A DNA stretch of 63,982 nt, the filler included, from Octopus bimaculoides (Eukaryota), in NCBI RefSeq assembly GCF_001194135.2. It is 5 parts of 5 records of this genome, joined end to end, with 100 filler letters (N's around TTAATTAATTAA, not from the genome) between each part and the next. Parts side by side here need not be neighbours in the genome. Positions count along the whole stretch, not along the records: positions 37,384 to 58,088 come from NC_069005.1; positions 58,189 to 62,415 come from NC_068995.1; positions 62,516 to 63,982 come from NC_068986.1; 2 more parts are not named here. One strand, written 5' to 3'. The notes beneath the pieces were generated by a model. It saw only the letters and a program-made list of their open reading frames with translations. It did not search any database and was not told the origin of the DNA. The stretch's first letter is position 1. Each line of letters begins with the position of its first letter. Below are positions 54,841-63,982 of this stretch, one piece after another. Made by a program: the position numbers and the translations under genes.

Positions 54841-54938
54841 ATGTTGTTGTGTGCAATATCATCGTACATCATCACCACGATTCTTTCGTCTGGAATTCCA
54901 TTCTTGTGCAGGACTTGATAGGCGTGGCAGATGTCAGC
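54841..54938 (-). CDS. LGMN: Legumain exon [32 protein letters not shown]
   Basis: Matches the legumain motif [29 protein letters not shown]. 98 nt, bounded by ttgcAG and GTaagg. Starts in phase 0 and ends in phase 2 (AT|G). Confidence 0.96.
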
Positions 54939-54943
54939 CTGCA

Positions 54944-54989
<46 letters not shown>

Positions 54990-56109
54990 CTTTCTAATTG
55001 ATGTATCAATGGAGAAACTTTCAAAATACAAAGACCTGGAAATAGAGGTAACTCGAATGTGGAATCTAAAANNNNNNNNNNNNNNNNNNNNNNNNNNNNN
55101 NNNNNNNNNNNNNNNNNNNNNNNNNNNNNNNNNNNNNNNNNNNNNNNNNNNNNNNNNNNNNNNNNNNNNNNNNNNNNNNNNNNNNNNNNNNNNNNNNNNN
55201 NNNNNNNNNNNNNNNNNNNNNNNNNNNNNNNNNNNNNNNNNNNNNNNNNNNNNNNNNNNNNNNNNNNNNNNNNNNNNNNNNNNNNNNNNNNNNNNNNNNN
55301 NNNNNNNNNNNNNNNNNNNNNNNNNNNNNNNNNNNNNNNNNNNNNNNNNNNNNNNNNNNNNNNNNNNNNNNNNNNNNNNNNNNNNNNNNNNNNNNNNNNN
55401 NNNNNNNNNNNNNNNNNNNNNNNNNNNNNNNNNNNNNNNNNNNNNNNNNNNNNNNNNNNNNNNNNNNNNNNNNNNNNNNNNNNNNNNNNNNNNNNNNNNN
55501 NNNNNNNNNNNNNNNNNNNNNNNNNNNNNNNNNNNNNNNNNNNNNNNNNNNNNNNNNNNNNNNNNNNNNNNNNNNNNNNNNNNNNNNNNNNNNNNNNNNN
55601 NNNNNNNNNNNNNNNNNNNNNNNNNNNNNNNNNNNNNNNNNNNNNNNNNNNNNNNNNNNNNNNNNNNNNNNNNNNNNNNNNNNNNNNNNNNNNNNNNNNN
55701 NNNNNNNNNNNNNNNNNNNNNNNNNNNNNNNNNNNNNNNNNNNNNNNNNNNNNNNNNNNNNNNNNNNNNNNNNNNNNNNNNNNNNNNNNNNNNNNNNNNN
55801 NNNNNNNNNNNNNNNNNNNNNNNNNNNNNNNNNNNNNNNNNNNGGTATTTCGTTCATCATCCTTAAACAACCCTTATTCAGGGACATTTTGAGAGGGATG
55901 AGCTACTCGACCTGAAGAAAATTCTAACTGGGCCCCACCTGCGAGGTCATGCGCTGTTTATCTTGATATGAGATCACCATGTCGCGCACATATGGTTGTG
56001 ATGCATGTGCCTGGTGTACCCTTATCAGACAGGTAGTCATGATGGGTATACTGGGCTCCTTATATTCTACCCCAGTGTCACTTTGATGGCATGCACTGCT
56101 CTCTCACTC

Positions 56110-56159
<50 letters not shown>

Positions 56160-56160
56160 T

Positions 56161-56410
56161 AATCGAGAACTGTTCCTGTTATTGTGGATGCCCTTGGTTT
56201 GATAAGAAAGGCATGTCAAAAACATCAAGATAATATCCCAGGAGAACCATGTCTCAGAGAAATCCAAAAGATTGTGCTGACAAGTACTGCCCACATCCTT
56301 AGAAAAATCGTATCAATTTAAATATATGCGTTGTATCTCTTATCCTTCACTCCCCCTAGGACGCTAGGTATGTCTCGGCAAGTGATTGTAACTAACATGC
56401 AGGTTAAAAA
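56161..56410 (+). mobile_element. R4/Dong-like LINE 3' end, second subfamily
   Basis: TVPVIVDALGLI...QKIVLTSTAHILRK followed by a UTR and (AAT)n. Confidence 0.7.
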
Positions 56411-56445
56411 TAAATAAATGAATAAATAATAATAATAATAACAAC

Positions 56446-56496
<51 letters not shown>

Positions 56497-56665
56497 CCCA
56501 AAAGGATGAGAGGTAATGTCAACCTCAGCGGAATTTGAAACCAGAACGTAAAAACGAGCGAAAATACCGCTAATCATTTTACCCGGTGTGCTTACGATTT
56601 AGCCAGCACACCGCCATAATAATAATGATAATAATAATGATGATAATGATGATGATGATGATGAT

Positions 56666-56785
56666 GGTTCCGGATTCAGTTCTTCTGCGTGGCACCTTGG
56701 GTAAGTGTCTTCTACTATAGCCTCGGGCCGACCAAACTCTTGTGAAGAGATTTTGTAGATAGAAATTGAAAGAAGCACATCATGT
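56666..56785 (+). mobile_element. SINE family 1 fragment
   Basis: GCGTGGCACCTTGGGTAAGTGTCTTCTACTATAGCCTCGGGCCGACC; the CCTTGGG.AAGT block resembles the CORE domain. Confidence 0.75.
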
Positions 56786-56862
56786 GTGTATGTGTTAAAT
56801 AAAATGAGACAACAAAGCCATTGCAGTGAGAAATTTCAAAGATCTTTATAAAGGGGAAAATA

Positions 56863-57265
56863 GTCTTACAGCTGTTTCAAGGATATGAAAGATATCCCAT
56901 TTGCTGAGACCCCCTTCGGTCATGACTGACCATGGGATTGCACCTAGAAAGTTACCCTTCCAGGCACAAGTCCGGGCAAGGTTGTTTTTTGGAAGGCCAG
57001 CAGTCGCCCATGCATACCGGCCTCCTCTCTCCACGCCACCAGTGTTATCCAAGGGAAATGCAGAGGGGCCGATACAGCTTGGCACCTGTGACATCGCAAC
57101 TCATTTCTACAGCTGAGTGGACTGGAGCAACGTGAAATAAAGTGTCTTGCTCAAGAACACAACACGCAGCCCGGTTCGTGATTCGAACTCACAACCTCAT
57201 GATCGTAAGCTCGACGCTCTAACCACTGAGCCATGCGCCTTCACAGATATCCCAGCATCAGAGAC
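56863..57265 (-). ncRNA. Hammerhead motif, family D, interrupted by a SINE
   Basis: Removing the SINE and one TSD gives GTCT CTGATGC TGGGATAT CTTTC ATATCCTT GAAAC AGCT GTA AGAC. A9 is changed to C; helix III palindrome is ACAGCUGU. Confidence 0.7.
56900..57244 (-). mobile_element. tRNA-derived SINE family 3 with 10-bp TSD
   Basis: A box TGGCTCAGTGG, B box GTTCGAATC. TSD AGATATCCCA at 56890-56899 and 57245-57254. Related heads at 24520-24712 and 43225-43365. Confidence 0.9.
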
Positions 57266-58046
57266 GATATGAGGGAGTTAACTAGAAGGAAATAGTAGAG
57301 TTCAATACAAGAAATTATTTTGGAAAGGGGGAGACGCAGAAAGTATAAAGTGAAATGTGAGAATAAAAATATATGTTGGATGTTAAAGTTGCTCTTTCAT
57401 TACCCAAGGAATGTGCTGTGTAGAATGGGTAAAGAAGTTTCTTGTCCATGGCATGTAAATTCCGATAGGAGTTCATATTTTGTTATTATAAATGCATAGC
57501 ATGTAGATACTAATTCCATGTGCTATTGATTCAAGGAGATCTTGTAGTGCAAATGAAATTTTGAGAATGTATTGGTTGGGGGAAGTAGATAGAGAGAAGA
57601 GAATAGATAAGTATGTTAGAAGGAAGAAAAATGGTATTGGTCAAAAGGATTAGGGGAAGAAAGAGGAAGAGAAAAGGAAAGAAAAGGAGTGCTTGATGGT
57701 GGTCAAGATAACGTGAGGGAGTTAGGAGAGGAGAGCTATCAGGAGATAAAAGGAATAGATGGAGGGATATAAGGAAGAGATAAGAATGTAAGGAAGGAAT
57801 ATGTGCGAAAGGTTGGCGGTGGTGTGATATGTTTGAAGAGGCGCTAAGGTGGAGAGACGGATGAAGAACGAGGCACGGAGTGGGGTACTAAAAGTGAGTA
57901 GTAAACTTCAAAAGGGAAACGAAGAATAGGAAGATAAAACGGCCAAGATTTCAGAAATAGAAATAAGAAATCAGAGATTGTACTTGCTAAGGTGATAGTG
58001 GGGACTGATAAATCAGTGAGAGAAAGAAAAATAGGTATATAGATAT

Positions 58047-58088
<42 letters not shown>

Positions 58089-58188
58089 NNNNNNNNNNNN
58101 NNNNNNNNNNNNNNNNNNNNNNNNNNNNNNNNTTAATTAATTAANNNNNNNNNNNNNNNNNNNNNNNNNNNNNNNNNNNNNNNNNNNN

Positions 58189-58220
<32 letters not shown>

Positions 58221-58229
58221 ATGTTTGTG

Positions 58230-58430
58230 TGTCTGTGTTTGTCCCCCCAACATCGCTTGACAACCGATGCTGGTGTGTTTACGTCCCCGTAACTTAGCGG
58301 TTCGGCAAAAGAGACCGATAGAATAAGTACTAGGCTTACAAAAGAATAAGTCCTGGGGTCGATTTGCTCGACTAAACGTGGTGCTCCAGCATGGCCGCAG
58401 TCAAATGACTGAAACAAGTAAAAGAGTAAA
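58230..58430 (+). mobile_element. SINE family 1, 3' half
   Basis: CGTAACTTAGCGGTTCGGCAAAAGAGACCGATAGAATAAGTACTAGG...CAGCATGGCCGCAGTCAAATGACTG. Confidence 0.8.
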
Positions 58431-59017
58431 ATTGAGAGAGTATATATATATATATATGCACACACACATACATACATATATACATACAAACATACATACT
58501 CACATACTCAACTATATACATACATACAATCTATTCCCGTGAAGATATGTATTTGCACACATTCAATATGACTCTTACACTGTATCGAAATATAAGTATA
58601 CACATGTACACATACACTGTTTTGCATTAGTGACTCCGGTCTTCAACTGTTACCTATTTCATCGACCATGAAAGAATGAAAGGTAAAGTTAACCACGACA
58701 GAATTTGAGCGCAAAGATGGACGCAATCTCGCTATTTTTTTCCCCGGCGTACTAACGAGTCAGCTCACCGCCTTCATATGTGCAAATATATATGCACACG
58801 CTCGCACATACATTCTGGCATACACCCACACAAACCCAGGCATATATATTTGTATATATATATATATATATNNNNNNNNNNNNNNNNNNNNNNNNNNNNN
58901 NNNNNNNNNNNNNNNNNNNNNNNNNNNNNNNNNNNNNNNNNNNNNNNNNNNNNNNNNNNNNNNNNNNNNNNNNNNNNNNNNNNNNNNNNNNNNNNNNNNN
59001 NNNNNNNNNNNNNNNNN

Positions 59018-59060
59018 CACGTTTCGGCTGGTATACCCTCCAGCCTTCATGAGGTGTCTT
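59018..59060 (-). ncRNA. Hammerhead motif, family A copy 2 (decayed)
   Basis: AAGACAC CTCATGA AGGCTGGAGGGTATACCAGCC GAAAC GTG, then an N gap. G5 is changed to C and the triplet is GUG. Confidence 0.6.
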
Positions 59061-59210
59061 GGGGAAATTTGGAAACTGGGTTCTCATTCGTAAGGTATTT
59101 TTCGATGTTGTTAATATTGTTATTATTGTTATTCAGGTCACTACCTGGAATCGAAATCGGAATCTTAGGGTTAGTAGCTCGCGCTCTTAACCACTACGCC
59201 ATATACTCGT
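59018..59210 (-). mobile_element. tRNA-headed short element with hammerhead tail (family A)
   Basis: TGGCGTAGTGG A box, degenerate B box GATTTCGATTCC, AAT/AAC spacer, then the family A hammerhead. Confidence 0.7.
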
Positions 59211-59233
59211 GTGCACATGGCATAGTGGTTAAC

Positions 59234-59280
<47 letters not shown>

Positions 59281-59324
59281 CGAAAAATACTTTAGGAATG
59301 AGAACTCAGATTTGAAATTTCACC

Positions 59325-59372
59325 AAGATACCTGATGAAGGCTGGAGGGTATATCAGCTGAAACCTTGTGTT
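59325..59372 (+). ncRNA. Hammerhead motif, family A copy 3 (decayed)
   Basis: AAGATAC CTGATGA AGGCTGGAGGGTATATCAGCT GAAAC CTT GTGTT. Core intact, G16.2 changed to C. Confidence 0.65.
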
Positions 59373-59879
59373 AACAACAAACAAGATGAGGACAAATATC
59401 CGTCATATGTAAATGATGTAAATAATGAAAATAATGTACATCTCTTAAATATAGAACTGGAATATATGATTTTACTTTAAATCTTATAATAATTAAAAAC
59501 TTGTCAATGTTCAAAAGTAATGTTGTAGATGGAATTTAGAGAAACAGCTAATTAGGGCCAAAAAATATAATTAGAAAAGAAAGATTTTGAATAGCCTTTC
59601 AGACCTCTCTATGCGAGTAATATAATTTTCAATGACGTTTGTATAAAATAGCATTAATGTCCTTTGGTATTTTGGCCCTGTTAATTAAACGGCAGATTCA
59701 TATGGTTAAGGAATAAAAATAAAATTTGGATTTGATTTCAAATTGCATGAGGATTCTGATATTGCTTAATGTGATTTCATATTGCTTATCACATGTATGT
59801 TTATATACATACATATACACATATATATATACACATAGTCCATATATACATGCATATATTTATGTGCATGCATGTATAC

Positions 59880-60246
59880 TCTTTTACTCTTTTACACGTT
59901 TCAGTCGTTTGACTGCGACCATGATGGAGCATCGCATTTAGTCGAACGAATCGAAGCCATGACCTATTCTGTGTAAACCTAGTACTTACTCTATCGGTCT
60001 CTTTTCCCGAATCGTTAAGTTTCAAGAACATAAACTCACCAAACTCGGTTGTCAAGCAATGGTGGTGGTGGTGGGGGGGGGGGAACAAACACAGACACAA
60101 AGATACATACACCCACAAATATATATACACACATATATACAAAACGGGCTTCTTTCAGTTTCCGTCCACCAAATCCACACAGTAGGACTGAACTGAGAAA
60201 CATGTCGCTGAGAAGCAAGCTTCTTACCGTGCAGCAAGGCCTGCGC
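59880..60246 (-). mobile_element. SINE family 1, full-length decayed copy
   Basis: Head, central and 3' blocks all present. Confidence 0.75.
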
Positions 60247-60719
60247 CTGTATATATATATATATATAGCGTTAAGTAAATATAAGAAAATGGAGAAGAAA
60301 TATAGTGGATGATAAATAACGAATAAGATCCATTGTACTCGCTATTTAGCACCAATAGATAAGAAATTTCGCCCCGATAAAATCCGGACATACTGTGGGG
60401 CTTCGAAGCAATTGCTCATCTAGTAACCTGACTAAAACATGTGTAGGCATCATTTTTGATTATTTCTAATGTTGAATCTGTTACTTTAAATTATATTTGT
60501 ATTACAGTATTTGATATGTATTCATCGTGATACAAATGAAATTAAATAAGTATCCACTACATTCCTTCTTCATTTTCTTATATTTACTTAACACAATATT
60601 GGGCCGTTTATCCCTATATTTTGCGGGATTTTCTCTGAATATGTGAATTGATAACACTTGTGGATTTCTGGATTTTCAAAGTCACCAACGAGGAAAATAC
60701 ATCCTCATTTTTGACAGTA

Positions 60720-60739
60720 TATATATATATATATATCTG

Positions 60740-60794
<55 letters not shown>

Positions 60795-60965
60795 TAGATA
60801 GATAGATAGATAGATATATAGATAGATAGATACATACATACATACATACATACATACATACATACATTCATACATACACACATACATACATATACATTTC
60901 CCACGCCTGAACCTATACACACTCATACGTACACACACACACACACACACAAACATATATATATA
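60720..60965. repeat. (TA)n(GATA)n(CATA)n compound tract
   Basis: Direct reading. Confidence 0.95.
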
Positions 60966-61128
60966 CTGAGTCATCCCATAAATAATGCGGTATTTTTAAT
61001 TGCCTGAACTAAGTGTCGGGGGTGTACAGGATAAACTACCTATATTAAATTGCTATAAAAGTAGGTAGTAAATTTATATTTTCTTAGTTTTAATGCTAGT
61101 TTTAAAAAGTGCAGTTAGATTTTAACAG

Positions 61129-62120
61129 TAATTCTTTGAAAGCTATAATGGAAGTGACAAATTAACATATTCAGCATATTTTCATTTATGAGTTCAATAA
61201 AAGCAGCAATGCAACGGTGAATGCGAGGAATATTAAAGCAGTATATCAGAATCAGACGGTGTATAGGGACAATAGCGTAACGTGTCAACGGTAGTTCCAG
61301 AAATTCCGAGCCGAAAACTATAGTGTAGAAATCGAGCCTCATCCTGGAAGATCTGTAGAATTCCAAGACGACGTTCTGCAAAACCTGATGGAATAAAATC
61401 ACACCCTAACTAGCAAAGAAGTTTGTATTTAGTAATACAACCATTCATCAATACTTGCGTGCCATCGGTAGAGTCAGCAAATTCGGTCAGTGGGTTCCTC
61501 ACAAACTGTCTTCGTCTAAACGTGCACAGAGAATGAGTGTGTGTTCTTTGTTATCACGTCTCACGAAACAAAATCTATTTTGAACCAAATAGTGACTGGT
61601 GACGAGAGATGAGTTGTCTACAAAGACAGTAGATAGAGACAGGAGGAACACCGGCACCCCTGGCTAAAGAAGGTCTCCACCCACGTAAGGTATTGCTATT
61701 TGTTTCCTAGGATATGAAAAATTTAGTCCACTTGGAACTTTTAAACCCAAACAAAACGATAGCAAACGAGGTCTACTGCAAGGATTTGGAGCGGCTTAGG
61801 TCAGCGATAGAAAAAAAACAAAAAAAACGCCATGTTTTGTTTTAACACGAAAGGTGTTCTTGTATCAGGATAATGCTAGGCCACAAACAGCGAGGATGAC
61901 ATTCCAAATGCTGGAAACGATGCCCCACCCACCATATTCGCCGGACATTGCCCCGTCTAATTATCATTTATTCCTCAGTCTTCAAAATCATTTGGACGGA
62001 AAGAATATTAATTTTGTAGACGAGGTTAAAACAGTACTGGAGGAAAATTTTTCGTCACGGGAACGTCCATTTTGGAAGATTCTACCAGAAGATTCTTCCC
62101 GCTTCCTTGATGAAGATATA
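61129..62120 (+). mobile_element. Mariner transposase relic
   Basis: WVPHKL, IVTGDE, QDNARP and HPPYSPDIAPSNYHLF motifs with stops. TIRs not clearly resolved. Confidence 0.88.
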
Positions 62121-62515
62121 TACAGATAAACTTCATTCCCTTTACTCTGTCGGTTACGTAGCGTGATCGTTTTTGGTGAGGTGAGAATTCTGTTTATTTG
62201 TATATATTTTTGGGACAATACTGTGCTGATGAACGAAATCTAGATTCATTCTAGTTATCGCGAAATCGGCCGATACACAGTTAAGTTTATTTAAAAGAAA
62301 GTTGGTCTTCTGTTGGTTGTTTTTCCTCGCATTAGGTACTAAATTCTAGTTATTTTGAGAAGTCCACTGTGTTGCGTTATTATTTTCTGTAATAATGCCC
62401 CTTATATAAATATAANNNNNNNNNNNNNNNNNNNNNNNNNNNNNNNNNNNNNNNNNNNNTTAATTAATTAANNNNNNNNNNNNNNNNNNNNNNNNNNNNN
62501 NNNNNNNNNNNNNNN

Positions 62516-62905
62516 AGAAGTGACGAGAAGGGGTGTCCTTTACGAACCGAATGCGTGATGTTAAATGGTCTGGACAGATGACCATTTACGCGAACTAGCG
62601 AGCGGATGCCGTTGTATAAGGCAGCGATCCAACCGCGGATGATGGGACCGCAACCAGCCGCTCTAAGGACAGCCTCCAAGAAGTGATGATCTACCCTATC
62701 GAAAGCTTTTGATTGATCCAAATTGATCAGCGCCCCACCCATTCCAGGTTCCGTAACTACCCTATCTATGTTGTAGTGCATCAGATGGAGGCTGTCGTGG
62801 ATACTCCCGTCCGGCACGGCGCACGTTTGCGCCTTGTCGACCAGTTTCTCGATAACAAGCGCCAACCTCTCGGCTAACACCTTAGCCACCTTGCTACATT
62901 CACCC
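62516..62905 (-). mobile_element. L1/Tx1-clade LINE RT fragment
   Basis: KVLAERL...LDQSKAFDRVDH...VNGHLSRPF...RKGHPFS. Confidence 0.88.
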
Positions 62906-63385
62906 ACCTATATTTTTAAGCATTTACACAACCAATCTTGAGTATAATCCTAATGAGGTATATGTTTTAAACACAAAGGAAAGAAGCAGAGAATTACTTA
63001 CAGTTCGAAATTTTATTTCCCGTCTCCTCCTTTGGTTTTTTCCACGAGGAAGTTGCTGTATAGTTTTTTTTAAGAAGTATTTTGATGTGTTCTGACGGTG
63101 TTGTGTACGGGTGGTTGCTGGTTTTTATGTCTTCGTTTGTTATGTTTGTTTTTGTGTTTATGTATTCCATCAACTCTGAGTTTTTTGTGTTGATGGCAGT
63201 GAGCATTGTGTGTGCTTACTTTTGGGGTTTTGTTCCTTGTGTTGTTGTTGTGTGTGCTTGTGTTGGTGTCTGGAGTGTTTTCGGGNNNNNNNNNNNNNNN
63301 NNNNNNNNNNNNNNNNNNNNNNNNNNNNNNNNNNNNNNNNNNNNNNNNNNNNNNNNNNNNNNNNNNNNNNNNNNNNNNNNNNNNN

Positions 63386-63982
63386 CGGATGCGATGTACG
63401 CGTTCGCCGCCACCGCCCGTCCTTTTCGGGATAGGTTCCTCTCGGCGCATTGCTGGGTGAGAGTCTCCACTCTAGTCGTTTTCTCGCCCTAGTTCTTCTC
63501 CATTTGGAGGTCCAGACCGAACCAGAGCCCGAACAATTTGACTGGTCCGTCGGTCCAGTTCCCTACGATGCAGACGCTGTTGGACGGCATGGGTTTGCCT
63601 ACGCAGACACGCTCGTCCTACATCCCAGCTCTTGTGGGATGCCCCTCAGAGTCGCCAGCTTCCGCAGTAGTGGCTCAAGAGTCAATACGTACAGAAGTGA
63701 CGAGAAGGGGTGTCCTTTACGAACCGAATGCGTGATGTTAAATGGTCTGGACAGATGACCATTTACGCGAACTAGCGAGCGGATGCCGTTGTATAAGGCA
63801 GCGATCCAACCGCGGATGATGGGACCGCAACCAGCCGCTCTAAGGACAGCCTCCAAGAAGTGATGATCTACCCTATCGAAAGCTTTTGATTGATCCAAAT
63901 TGATCAGCGCCCCACCCATTCCAGGTTCCGTAACTACCCTATCTATGTTGTAGTGCATCAGATGGAGGCTGTCGTGGATACT
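63386..63982 (-). mobile_element. L1/Tx1-clade LINE RT fragment (overlaps the previous copy in sequence)
   Basis: LDQSKAFDRVDH...LLYVLTLEPLLRKL...RKGRAVAANAYIAS. Confidence 0.88.

Noticed and set aside
62516-63982. 290-bp identical repeat (62516-62805 and 63693-63982) as a tandem LINE duplication
   Set aside because: Appears identical including lesions, is out of logical order and sits next to an artificial join; probably an assembly duplicate.
54939-63982. Expected 5' legumain exon (signal peptide, AGSxGWxNYRHQ)
   Set aside because: Not found by eye in readable sequence; probably in a gap or outside the window.

Overview
AT-rich, gappy eukaryotic genomic scaffold. The repeat content (very dense CA/TA/AAT/GATA microsatellites, tRNA-derived SINEs, R4/Dong LINEs) suggests an octopus genome, which is an inference. 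One host gene is supported: a minus-strand legumain (asparaginyl endopeptidase, LGMN-like) with 7 readable exons between 54938 and 48798. Its 5' exon(s) and the middle exons carrying the catalytic Cys are not in the readable sequence. The rest is mostly decayed mobile DNA: R4/Dong, RTE and L1/Tx1 LINEs, Penelope-like elements (PLEs), two mariners, a Tc1, a Helitron with both termini, hAT-like ends and three SINE families. The most unusual signal is a set of minimal type I hammerhead-ribozyme motifs from several unrelated PLE-type repeat families, each with its own palindromic helix III. They include one with a G3:C8 swap of the core C3:G8 pair, one family carried on a tRNA-headed short element, and one split by a SINE insertion. 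All ribozyme calls come from folding by eye and are untested. Four N44-TTAATTAATTAA-N44 blocks are artificial joins, so long-range order is uncertain. No CRISPR, rRNA or intact tRNA was seen.
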